This document shows, in pieces, positions 49,460-59,459 of a DNA stretch of 64,000 nucleotides. Each line of letters opens with the position of its first letter. Position 1 is the stretch's first letter. The notes under the pieces were generated by a model. It saw nothing but the letters and a program-made list of their open reading frames with translations, was not told the DNA's origin and searched no databases. Position numbers and translations under genes: made by a program. Source of the stretch: Candidatus Latescibacterota bacterium (GTDB taxonomy: Bacteria; Latescibacterota; UBA2968); assembly GCA_965198115.1 (NCBI GenBank), contig OZ240241.1:2016001-2080000 (forward strand), given 5' to 3'.

Positions 49460-52400
49460 TCAATCGTCGGCGGCAACCTCGTCGGGCACGGTAGTCGGAG
49501 GGACGAAGGCGGCTCGAGCCAGCTGTTTCACGTAGGTTCGCAGGTCGTCCAGGAATGTGTACAACAACGGTACCACAAGCAGGGTCAGCGCCGTCGACGA
49601 AATCAGCCCCCCCATCATCGTCCTCCCGAGCGGCGCGTAGGGCGTTCCCATCAGGTTGCTGTTTCCGACCGCCATCGGGAGCAACCCGAAGATGGTCGTG
49701 AACGTGGTCATCAGGATCGGACGAAAACGATTGCGTCCGACTTCTGCGATCGCGGCGAGTCGATCCATTCCATCGCGTCGCAGCCGGTTGATCATATCGA
49801 CGAGCACGATCGCGTTGTTCACGACCACGCCGATCAGGATGATCATACCCACCATCGCCATCATATTCATAGGCGTGCCGGTCACATAAAGGAACCAGTA
49901 AACGCCCAGGAAGGCGAACGGAATCGAGAAAAGCACACAGAACGGCAGGATGAACGACTCGAACAGCACGCCCATCAGCAGAAACACGAACGTGATCGCC
50001 ATAATCACCGCAAAGTAGAGCGTGTCGTCCGTCTCGCGCAGTTCGCGGTATCGTTCGCCCTTGTTCCAAGTGTAGCCCCTCGGAAGCTCGAAACCGGTCA
50101 TCGCGCGATCGATCTCCCCATACAGACCCTTCAGATCGTCTTTCGTCGCGTAGGCTCGAATGCTCAGACGCGTTTGTCCGTCCTCACGATAGATGCGTCC
50201 CGTACTCCCCCGGACCTCGATCGTCGCCAGCTCCGCCAACGGAACATCCTCGCCGCCTTTTGCACGAAAGGCGAAGTTCTTGAGCTGCTGGAGCGTCTTA
50301 CGGTCTTCCCTCTCCAGATACAGACGCACCTGTACCTCTCGTTCGTCGGCCTGGAACCGAGGCAGACTGACGCCCTGAAGCGCGAACCCGATCGTTCGAG
50401 CCACCTCCTGCGCAGACACCCCGATTCGATTCGCTCGATGACGATCGACACGGACACGGACTTCCTCCTCCACACCCTGTTCGTCTTCGTCCTCCGTCTG
50501 GACGCTCACGACCGACGGGATCGTCCAGAGCCGGCGCACCACCTCGGGCACCATACTCTGAAGAACCCCCGTATCCTCGCCCTGCAGGACCACCCGGACG
50601 TTCGGATCTCCACTCCCGTCATTCCGTCCATCGATACGGTAATCGACCCGACGTATTGGGGAATCTCGTCTCGAACCGCCTTTACGACTTCTTTCCGGTC
50701 CATCTCCTTACTTACAGGAAAGCCGATCGCAGCCGTCGCATTCTTGAAGGCCACCCAGTACCAGGTCTCATTGGCCCTCGACACGAGAAAAACCTGAGTG
50801 TTCGCGTACCGCTCGCGGTAGTAGGTGCGGACCGTCTGGATATCGAACCGGGCACGATGTTCATCCAGAAAAGCCTCCACGCCGTCGATCACACTCACCG
50901 TCTGTTCGAACGTAAAGTGCGGGGGCATCTGCATACTGACCCGAAAGTCGTTCAGCGCCCGCCCGCCTCGGTCACTCCGCTTGAGCCCGCTCGACGGAAT
51001 CGAGATCGTCGTGAACAAAACCAGCGCGATCAACGCGGCATCCCGCCGGTGTCGCATCGTCCACGCGAGAACACGACCGTAGACCTCTCTCGTGCGCCTA
51101 ACGTAGACCGGGTCGGGTTTGTTCTCCGTCCCCCCAAAACGGACGGACGCCAGCGGAATGAAGATCAGGGCGACGAACAACGACGCCAGGAGCGCGAAGA
51201 CGACCGGAACTCCCATACGCGTGAGGTAGAAGTTCATCGCCTGGTTTTTCCCACCCATCAGCATTAAGGGGAGGAACACCACGACCGTCGTCAGTGTCGC
51301 CATCGTGATGGCCAGTCCGACCTCGCTGGCCCCCTTGATCGCGCCCTCACGCGCCGACATCCTTCCACGAAAGCGGGAGATGTTTTCCAAAATCACGATG
51401 GCATTGTCCACCACCATTCCCACCCCACCATCAACCCCATCATCGTCACCACGTTCAGCGACCATCCGATGAAGTGAATGCCCGTCAGCGTGATCATCAA
51501 ACAGAGCGGAATCGACAGCGTGATGATCGACGTCATCCTGACCGTGCGCAGGTAGTAGAGCAGAATCAAGGCGGCAAACAGGCCTCCCCATCCACCGGTC
51601 GTCTGGAGATTCCTGACGGCCGTTGAGGATGAACATGCCCTGATCGAAGAACACGTTGAACTGCAGCCCCGCGTTCGATTTCTCCAGTTCCCCCAACACG
51701 TCTCGGACGCGCGCCGTCGTTTCCACGATGTTCGCACCCGACTCCTGCTTGACGCCGAATGAGATACCGAGCTCGCCGTTCAGGCGCTGGTAGCTGCGCC
51801 GGGTCGGAACGTCGTAGGAGACCGTCGCCACGTCCTTCAAGGACACCTCGGGCAGCCCTTCTCGCCCGGGGATCTTGATGCCTTGAATCTCGTCCAGCGA
51901 CCGGTACTTGGCGACCGATCGCACGTGGAGCTTCTTCTCGCCCTCCTGCACGAAGCCGCCGGCCAACGCAAAATTGTCGCCCTGCAGTGCCCTCACGACT
52001 TCGGCGAGCGACAGCCCCCGCGACTGCAGACGTTCCTGATCGATCTCGACCATCACTTCCTTTTCGTTGACGCCATACAGATCAACGGCTCCGACCCCGT
52101 CGATGCGTTCGAGCGCACGAACGATCGTGCGCTGGCAGTACTGGTAGGGATCCCCGATCGACGGATCGAGCGTCACCCCGCCCCACAGGATGCTCCAACT
52201 GTCCATATCCCATTTGTAGACACGCACGCGATCTCTGGACTCCACGGGCAGGGATGGCTTCAGCCGGTCCAGGCGATCGACCACCTGGTTGTAAGCCAAC
52301 GCCATATCCGTGTCCTCCCGGAAAGAGATTCGAGCACGGGTGCCCCTTTCGTCGCTCGACGTCCGCAGACGCTCGATGCCCTTCACGGCACGGAGGGTCT

Positions 52401-52623
52401 CTTCCAGTGGACGCGTGATCTGAGACTCCGACTCCTGCGGCGTGGAATTATTGTAGCGGATGTTGACAAAGAGGAAATTCGGATCCAGACCGGACGGCAT
52501 CAGCTTGATGGGAATCCGATCGTAGGCGACGCCGCCCAGCACCAGCAGGGCGAGCAGGACCATCGTCACCATAACCGGACGGTTGACCGAAATGCGCGGA
52601 AGAATCGATTCGTGGATGTTCAT
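49460..52623 (-). CDS. Second RND efflux permease with three frameshifts (~51620, ~51425, ~50648)
   Basis: ATG 52623. Pieces in ORFs 50506.., 51393.. and 49460.. align colinearly with the neighbouring RND gene; DNAIV and RFRPILMTT motifs. Confidence 0.9.
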
Positions 52624-52945
52624 CGGCGGACAAAGAAAAGCGCGCCAGATGATCGATCGGTGCGCTCGCGGGAAGGGGCCGCTCTGGGTAGAACGGAGCG
52701 CGAAAAGATGGCCTGACGGGGTCGGAAAGTCAAGGTGGGCACAATAGGTGGGGCAGAGTCCTGCAGCTCGAGTTACCCCAGTCGGATGCATCAACGCGTT
52801 GCTAGGCGCAGCCCTTTCAGGACAGGCTCCGGGACGGGCACAACGTATTGTTTTCACACAAATATAAGTGCGCCGCGCACGCTCTATTGTCTGTCCTGAG
52901 TCTGAGTTCTGAACGAGGGCACTGTTAGGCCTATCCTGATGGTCC

Positions 52946-52977
52946 TCGTAAAAGTGGCCCCGGGGCCACTTTTACGA
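52946..52977. repeat. Perfect 32-bp palindrome without spacer
   Basis: TCGTAAAAGTGGCCCCGGGGCCACTTTTACGA equals its own reverse complement. Confidence 0.95.
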
Positions 52978-53089
52978 TTCCCTGCTATTTCCCAGTTTTT
53001 CCGCCCTTTTAAGAATTTTTTTCTCAACCTAACCCCTTGTAAAACCGATACTATCTCATAACACCCTATCCAAAACCGGAAAAACCTAC

Positions 53090-53117
53090 TTGACATTACT
53101 TGGTATAACTTTACATT
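53090..53117 (+). promoter_or_regulatory. Putative sigma70 promoter
   Basis: TTGACA-N16-TACATT in an AT-rich stretch upstream of the MerR-REC gene. Confidence 0.55.
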
Positions 53118-53243
53118 CTCGAATAGACGCTAGCGCCAACAGGCGATGACACGTCCAAGGAAGGGCTCCCCATCGCCGCTGAACGCGTCGGACCGGTTCC
53201 TCTCGCATCCACCCCGGCCGGTGTCGACACAACGGAGGGCAAC

Positions 53244-53879
53244 ATGAACGAGGGTGGTCAGCTCATCGGAATCGACGAAGTTTCCCGACTGTTCGAGAAG
53301 TCGGTCGAATCCATCCGCAAATACAAGAACTACGGAATCCTCAGAGTTGCGGATAAGGTCGGGAACAAGGATCTGTTCGATCGCGAAGACGTCGTTCGCA
53401 AGAAGCAGCTCGTCAAGGAGATGCAAGTCCAGCGCAGACTTTCGCTCTTCCAGATCGCTCTGGAACTCGAGCGAGTCGACGACGTGCGTTCGTCGGAAGG
53501 TCCAGCTCGCATCCTCATCGTCGAAGATGAAGAAGCAACGCGGGAAACGTGGCGCGAGTTCTTCGAGGGCTCGGGCTATCAGGTCATGGAAGCAGGAGAC
53601 GGCAACCTCGCGCTCGATACGGCGCGATCGGAGAGGCCCGACCTGATTCTCCTCGACCTCAAGCTTCCCGGGCTCGACGGCTATCAGGTCTGCCAGCGTC
53701 TCAAAGGCGACCCAACGACGTCGACGATTCCGATCATCATGATCACTGCGTTCCTCACCGGGCCGTCTGACACGGTTCGGGGCATCGAATACGGAGCGGA
53801 CGACTACCTGAACAAGCCAGTCGACCTCGACGTACTCGCTGCACGGGTCGGGATGATCCTGCGCCGCGTGCAGCGCTGA
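53244..53879 (+). CDS. MerR-like HTH plus receiver-domain response regulator
   Basis: IGIDEVSRLFEKSVESIRKYKNYGIL HTH; ILIVEDE, LLDLKLPGLDG and GADDYLNKP. Confidence 0.85.
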   Translation: MNEGGQLIGIDEVSRLFEKSVESIRKYKNYGILRVADKVGNKDLFDREDVVRKKQLVKEMQVQRRLSLFQIALELERVDDVRSSEGPARILIVEDEEATRETWREFFEGSGYQVMEAGDGNLALDTARSERPDLILLDLKLPGLDGYQVCQRLKGDPTTSTIPIIMITAFLTGPSDTVRGIEYGADDYLNKPVDLDVLAARVGMILRRVQR

Positions 53880-53944
53880 CGAAGCACCGCGCTGGTCGCC
53901 GCCGCCCTTTTTGACCAATCGGACACAGCGGCAAGGAGTCAGAA

Positions 53945-54478
53945 ATGTTGGACGGATTTCTCACCACAGCACTCGAGATCATCATCATCCTCGATGTATG
54001 CGGGGCCGTCGTCTACGTCCTCGCGTTCAGTCTCCGGCGCGCCAGCCAGAAGCGAGCGGAAGAGACGTCGGAGGCGTCCCTCACCCCTGGTTTTGCCTAC
54101 GGCCAGACCCTCAGCCCGGCCTTTGCCGCGAGTGCACCCGTAGGATCGCCGGTTCAGGCTTCCGACGGCCCTCCCCCGCTCCCCGAGTGGGCTCAGGAGG
54201 CGGTCGATCGCCACAACGCCCCCACACGACACCCCAGAATCGATTTCGCCGTCGATTCGGACGAAGTCCGCGCCGATGTCGAAACAGAGATCGCCGACTC
54301 CGAAAAGACGAAGAAGCGGTTCGACTGGGTCGTCGGATTGCGAACAAAGCTATCCACCCTCGCCCATCGGCTGATCTGGAAGCGAAAACAGGGTCAGGAA
54401 AAAGCCGAACGGACCGATATAGAGAGTGATCGTGCGCGGCTCCACCGCGTTCTGGACAGCTTCCGAGAGGAAGGTTAA
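53945..54478 (+). CDS. Hypothetical membrane-anchored protein
   Basis: AAGGAG RBS; N-terminal TM, Pro/Ala linker, charged C-terminus. Confidence 0.65.
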   Translation: MLDGFLTTALEIIIILDVCGAVVYVLAFSLRRASQKRAEETSEASLTPGFAYGQTLSPAFAASAPVGSPVQASDGPPPLPEWAQEAVDRHNAPTRHPRIDFAVDSDEVRADVETEIADSEKTKKRFDWVVGLRTKLSTLAHRLIWKRKQGQEKAERTDIESDRARLHRVLDSFREEG

Positions 54479-54556
54479 GCGGTTACGGCAGGCGTGCGCC
54501 CCGCGCACGAAGCGGACCAATCAAACGTCAGAGTCGACGCCAACAGGCGAACGGGA

Positions 54557-54590
54557 GTGGAGATGGGTAAGATGTGGAGATGGGTAAGAT
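54557..54590. repeat. 17-bp tandem duplication GTGGAGATGGGTAAGAT x2 covering the start of the next gene
   Basis: Read directly. Confidence 0.9.
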
Positions 54591-55518
54591 ACTGGTTGTA
54601 CATAAGAACGAGTTGATCCTCGACGTCGTTCAGGAGATGCTCCAGGACGTCGGATACGCTGTCACCCTCACATCAGACCCTCAGCGAGCCCTCAGCAAAG
54701 CAATCGCCACACGCTACAACCTGATCATCGTCGACCGGCATCTCGAAGGCCACTACGATGGCGGCCGGCTGGTCGAGCTGCTCAGGAAGTACGGCGTCCA
54801 CACACCCATCATCGGCACGGCACCCGAAGGCAACTGGGCAGAAGACTCGTCGGACCTGGTCGACTATCTCCTGCCGACGCCGTTCGAATACGGGCAACTG
54901 TTGAGAGCGGTTTCCGACCTTCTCGACCCCAAGAACCGAGCCACACTCGAGGAGCTCGCGCAGAATCCCTCCGAAATCGAAGAACTGCTCGAAGGACCGC
55001 TCGAACTGCTCGACGACCTCTCTCCGACCGAAGACCTCGACCTGCCGCCAGAACCCGAATCGGATCCAGAACCCAAGCAACCAGCCCGTCCGGTCGCGAC
55101 CTCGGTCAACCGACCGGAAAGAACCTGGCAGCCGCCGGTCGTCCGTTCTCGCACGGGTCCGGCCCACGTCCTGATCGGCGACGGCAGCGACAACACGCGC
55201 AACGCGGTTGCCGAAACGATCAAGAGCGACGGTTTCGAAGTCACGGCCTGCAGCGACGGGCACGCCCTCGTCGAAGCCACGATGTTCGAGGATTTCGACC
55301 TGATCGTACTCGATCTGTGGATGACGGGCCTGGACGGATTCGAGGTCATCGAAACGCTCCGGATGTCCGGCGTCGACACGCCCATCATCATCTCCACGGC
55401 CTACATCACGCGCGAAATGGTCGAGGAGCTCGCTCCACACAAGGTGCACAAGATCCTTCTCAAGCCGTTTCGTGCCAGAGACCTCCTCGAAGCAGTACAG
55501 GAAGTGGTTCCCGCCTGA
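54580..55518 (+). CDS. Tandem receiver-domain (REC-REC) protein
   Basis: Degenerate REC1 (ILVVHKNE, IIVD, LPTPF), acidic/Pro linker, and REC2 (LIVLDLWMTGLDG, LLKPF). Confidence 0.85.
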   Translation: MGKILVVHKNELILDVVQEMLQDVGYAVTLTSDPQRALSKAIATRYNLIIVDRHLEGHYDGGRLVELLRKYGVHTPIIGTAPEGNWAEDSSDLVDYLLPTPFEYGQLLRAVSDLLDPKNRATLEELAQNPSEIEELLEGPLELLDDLSPTEDLDLPPEPESDPEPKQPARPVATSVNRPERTWQPPVVRSRTGPAHVLIGDGSDNTRNAVAETIKSDGFEVTACSDGHALVEATMFEDFDLIVLDLWMTGLDGFEVIETLRMSGVDTPIIISTAYITREMVEELAPHKVHKILLKPFRARDLLEAVQEVVPA

Positions 55519-55541
55519 ACGATCTCCACAGAGACGAAGCG

Positions 55542-55578
55542 AGGCCGACTCTGTCGCCATAGAGAGTCGGCCTTTTTG
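55542..55578 (+). terminator. Intrinsic terminator
   Basis: aggccgactct...agagtcggcct followed by a T-tract. Confidence 0.8.
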
Positions 55579-55728
55579 CGTACTCGCGAGTCGCCCCTCG
55601 AAACAAACGCCCATCCCGACGCTTCCAACGAACATCTTTTTCTGAAATCCGTTCGGCATTTCCGAATCCTTTCCTATACTTTGCCGACCGGAGATCTGCG
55701 CGGCACTTCCCAGCGCTGGAGACGTTGA

Positions 55729-56466
55729 ATGAACAAGAGTCTCGCCACGAACCTGCTTGCCATCGGCTGTATCGCCGCCGGCTACTACAGCCCGATTCAC
55801 GGAGACACGATCCTGACCGTGGGACTGTTCGCCACCTCGGGAGCCATCACCAACTGGCTGGCCGTCCATATGCTGTTCGAAAAGGTGCCCGGACTCTACG
55901 GTTCGGGGGTCATTCCGGATCGATTCGAAGAATTCAAATCAGTCATACACGCCTTGATCATGAACCAGTTTTTCAACGCCCGGAACGTCGAGTCTTTTTT
56001 CGAAGCACAGACAGAGGACATCGCCCTCGCTTTCAACCCGGATCCCGTCATCGAAGCGATCGACTACGACCGAATCTTCGACGGATTCCTCGAGGCGGTT
56101 CTGAATTCCCAGTTCGGCGCGATGTTGGGTTTCGTCGGCGGGGTTGGAGCGCTCGAACCGCTCAAGGCGCCGTTCGAGGCGCAAATGCAGAAGGAGGTGC
56201 GAGCCATCCTCGATTCGCCCGGTTTTATACAGGCCGTCGAGGACGGAATGGGGAGGGAGAGCGTGACGGCGGAGATCATTCAGAAGGTTGAGTTGATCGT
56301 GACCCGAAGGCTCGATGAGCTCAGCCCGCAGATGATCAAGGAGATCGTGCAGGAGATGATCCGCGAGCATCTGGGATGGTTGGTCGTCTGGGGGGGTGTC
56401 TTCGGCGGACTGATCGGCCTGATCACGCAAATCGTCCGGGCAGGCTCCAGCGTTCCCGGCCTGTAG
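55729..56466 (+). CDS. DUF445-family membrane protein
   Basis: SGAITNWLAVHMLFEKVPGLYGSGVIP and HLGWLVVWGGVFGGLIG motifs. Confidence 0.9.
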   Translation: MNKSLATNLLAIGCIAAGYYSPIHGDTILTVGLFATSGAITNWLAVHMLFEKVPGLYGSGVIPDRFEEFKSVIHALIMNQFFNARNVESFFEAQTEDIALAFNPDPVIEAIDYDRIFDGFLEAVLNSQFGAMLGFVGGVGALEPLKAPFEAQMQKEVRAILDSPGFIQAVEDGMGRESVTAEIIQKVELIVTRRLDELSPQMIKEIVQEMIREHLGWLVVWGGVFGGLIGLITQIVRAGSSVPGL

Positions 56467-56467
56467 T

Positions 56468-58360
56468 GTGTCCTCGACCGTGAACCGAATCGCCAACCCG
56501 CCGGCCCGCGCCACCCTGATCTACGATGGGGACTGTGTCTTCTGCACAAAGTGGGTGGAGCGACTGGCCGAACACGCCGTCGACGTAGACACACAGGCCT
56601 ACCAGATGGTCGCCGGACACTACTCCGAAATCCCTGCGACAGCGTATGCCGAAGCGGTGCATTGGCTCGACCCGTCGGGCCAAGTCCTTCGCGGTGCGAG
56701 AGCCGCGTATCGATTCGCGTCCCGCGCTGGTCTTTCCGGCCGCCTCGCTGAGCAAGCCTGCGCCATCGTCCCCGGTTTCGCCACAGCGTCGGAGTTCGCG
56801 TATCGCGTGATGGCCCGCAATCGGACGTTGACTTCCTCTGCCGCAAACCTGCTGTGGGGTCGGGATATGCGGCGCCCGCAGTTTCGCATCGCGGGCGATC
56901 TGTTCCTCCGAACGCTGGGCGTCATCTTCCTGATCGCGTTTTTGTCTCTTTGGGTCCAGATCGACGGCTTGATCGGCTCGGAGGGAATATTGCCGATCTC
57001 CAGCACGCTCGATCAGGCCGAGCGCCACTTCGGTCCCTCACGACTCTGGCAGTTTCCGACCCTGTTCTGGTTCTCATCCACAGACGGAACCATCACCGCC
57101 GTGTGCGCCCTCGGAGCGCTCGGTGCGATCGGAGGTATCCTCGCTCCCAATTTCTGGCCGTCGTGGACCGTGAGTTTTGTGGCGTACCTCACGCTCGTCA
57201 CGGCAGGACGTGTCTTCACGGCCTATCAGTGGGACGCCTTGCTGCTCGAAACCGGTTTTCTGGCGATCGTGCAGACCTTGCCCTTTGCCGGCCGTGCCAA
57301 CCTGGGTGAGCGTCCCATCTGGTCCTTGAGCACGGCCATCCCTCCACCTCGCTCGGTCGCCTGGCTTTACCGCTGGCTGCTCTTCCGATTGATGTTCTCC
57401 TCGGGCGTCGTGAAGCTCGCCAGCAATGATGAGGCCTGGTGGGGTCTGACTGCGCTCACCCGTCACTTCGAAACGCAGCCACTGCCAAACGGCTTCTCCT
57501 GGTATGTCCACCAGCTTCCCGCCGGGGTGCACACCTTCTCGACCATCTCAATGTTCGTGATCGAACTCGCCGTCCCCTTCCTGTTCTTTGCACCTCGCCG
57601 CCTGCGCAACCTCGCGTGTGCGCTGACCCTATTCTTCCAGGCCCTCATTTTCGCGACGGGCAACTACACCTTCTTCAACCTCTTGTCGGTGGCGCTCTGC
57701 CTGCTCCTGATCGGCGACCGATCCTGGCCGAGCTGGATTCGCCAGCGCTACGGCTCCAGGCTCACACGCGCAACGCCCAATGTCCTCCATCGACTGTTTG
57801 TCCCGGGTGTGATCATCAACATCACTTTTTGCGCTTACCTGCTGCCGCTCGGCGCGTTCAGACTCGACATCACACCTCCGGCGCCGTGGTCTCGTGCGTA
57901 TGCGGCGGTTGCCCCCTTCCGTGTCCTCAACACGTATGGCCTCTTCGCGGTGATAACGACGATGCGGCCCGAGATCCTGATCGAAGGCAGCGAAGACGGC
58001 GTCTACTGGCAGACCTACGAGTTCTTCCATAAACCCGGTAACCCCCGGAGACGTCCCACCTTCGTTGCCCCGCACCAGCCGCGCCTGGACTGGCAGATGT
58101 GGTTTGCCGCCCTCGGACCGATCCAGAACAGCCCGTGGTTCTACAACTTCATTCGACGGCTGTTCGGGGGTTCGCCCTCGGTCAAGACGCTGCTGTCCGT
58201 CGACCCCTTTCCCGACAGTCCCCCTCGGCTGATCCGAGCGAGGATGTACGACTATCGTTTCTCGACACCGGACGAACGTGCCATCGAAGGGGTCTGGTGG
58301 AAGCGAACGTACACACACGACTATCTGCCGCCCGTCGCTCGCCCGAGAGAAGGTTTCTGA
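56468..58360 (+). CDS. DCC1-like thiol-disulfide oxidoreductase fused to lipase maturation factor (LMF1) domain
   Basis: LIYDGDCVFC; QIDGLIGSEGILP, QWDALLLETGFL, HFETQPLP, TGNYTFFN and PHQPRLDWQMWF. Confidence 0.92.
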   Translation: MSSTVNRIANPPARATLIYDGDCVFCTKWVERLAEHAVDVDTQAYQMVAGHYSEIPATAYAEAVHWLDPSGQVLRGARAAYRFASRAGLSGRLAEQACAIVPGFATASEFAYRVMARNRTLTSSAANLLWGRDMRRPQFRIAGDLFLRTLGVIFLIAFLSLWVQIDGLIGSEGILPISSTLDQAERHFGPSRLWQFPTLFWFSSTDGTITAVCALGALGAIGGILAPNFWPSWTVSFVAYLTLVTAGRVFTAYQWDALLLETGFLAIVQTLPFAGRANLGERPIWSLSTAIPPPRSVAWLYRWLLFRLMFSSGVVKLASNDEAWWGLTALTRHFETQPLPNGFSWYVHQLPAGVHTFSTISMFVIELAVPFLFFAPRRLRNLACALTLFFQALIFATGNYTFFNLLSVALCLLLIGDRSWPSWIRQRYGSRLTRATPNVLHRLFVPGVIINITFCAYLLPLGAFRLDITPPAPWSRAYAAVAPFRVLNTYGLFAVITTMRPEILIEGSEDGVYWQTYEFFHKPGNPRRRPTFVAPHQPRLDWQMWFAALGPIQNSPWFYNFIRRLFGGSPSVKTLLSVDPFPDSPPRLIRARMYDYRFSTPDERAIEGVWWKRTYTHDYLPPVARPREGF

Positions 58361-58428
58361 ATCTTGTCGGGAAATCAGGAAGTGGTCAACGACCGCCACG
58401 GAGACGCGACGCTGCAGACGTTGGAGGG

Positions 58429-59376
58429 TTACCGCAAGTGTCGCACGAGGGCTTCGGCGATCGCCCGGTGACGTTTGGGGGCTTCGAGGTTGCAGAAAAC
58501 GAGATTGTCGCCGCATTGAGACTGCGCGATATCCAGCTCGGCTTCGATGCGATCCCCCGACCGAACGTTGTGGTCGTCGGCGTAGCAGCCAATGAAAGGA
58601 ATGAAGCGATTGCGGCTTGGATCCTCCAGCCGCTTCATTTCTTCCGTTTCGAACCTCACACGCTGCAGACTCCACGCCGGTTTGTAGAACCAGGAGATCG
58701 TCTGGGAACAGTAATCCATCCGTAGACGCCAGCCGTAGTAAGGGTTCGGTCTGAACGGTGGCCAGAGATGGCTCATCACGACGGCATCGGGATTGACCGA
58801 CTGGACCGCCTCGTAGAGCGTCTCCGATATTTCCACGAGTGAGTCCTCGGAGACACGAGCCATCGCGTCGTAGGGATTGAGGTTCTCATCACGTTCCACG
58901 CGGGAGCGCCGGAGCTCGCACCGCTCGCACCAGCAACCGTAGTGATTCTGGAATCCGAATCCGTCCAACGCCACCCCGTCCGAAGTGGAAGCGGCCTTGC
59001 AGACCCGCTGCACCAACAGGTCGACCGCGTCAGGCTGCAGAAAACAAGCCGTCGTCTTGAGGATGACCGACGGAATCCAGCGGTGGGCGAGAAGGTCGTA
59101 GTTTCGCGGGCCGTCTTTCTGCGCGTGGGCCCAAGCCGCTTCGTTCGATGCCAATCGCTGGGCAACGTGGGGTTTGTCCCGCGCCATCGCATCGGGCACG
59201 CTTGGCGTCACGATCGTGACCACGCGGATCCCGAGTTCCTCGCCCACGGTCATCATCGCCGATGTCGGGTCGTGCACGACGAGCGTGTCGAACCCGAGTT
59301 CGGCCGCGAACTCCAACATCTCCCTGGCCTGCTCGTCCGTCTCCCGCGGCAGATGCCAATCCCACGCAGCCTTCAC
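58429..59376 (-). CDS. Hypothetical glycoside-hydrolase-like TIM-barrel protein
   Basis: AAELGFDTLVV, CF..P and DGVALDGFGF...GCWCERC, a GH-like Cys cluster. Confidence 0.5.
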   Translation of the reverse strand: MKAAWDWHLPRETDEQAREMLEFAAELGFDTLVVHDPTSAMMTVGEELGIRVVTIVTPSVPDAMARDKPHVAQRLASNEAAWAHAQKDGPRNYDLLAHRWIPSVILKTTACFLQPDAVDLLVQRVCKAASTSDGVALDGFGFQNHYGCWCERCELRRSRVERDENLNPYDAMARVSEDSLVEISETLYEAVQSVNPDAVVMSHLWPPFRPNPYYGWRLRMDYCSQTISWFYKPAWSLQRVRFETEEMKRLEDPSRNRFIPFIGCYADDHNVRSGDRIEAELDIAQSQCGDNLVFCNLEAPKRHRAIAEALVRHLR

Positions 59377-59459
59377 GTCATCGATCTCCTATCGTAGCCA
59401 TTTTGACCTTACCACCGTCCCACCTCACCCGGTCCCAACCGTGCCTGCTCTTGTTTGAT

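Noticed and set aside
52730-52860. Riboswitch (c-di-GMP or c-di-AMP) upstream of the RND pair
   Set aside because: Conserved core motifs were not found on either strand by eye; an Rfam scan would be needed
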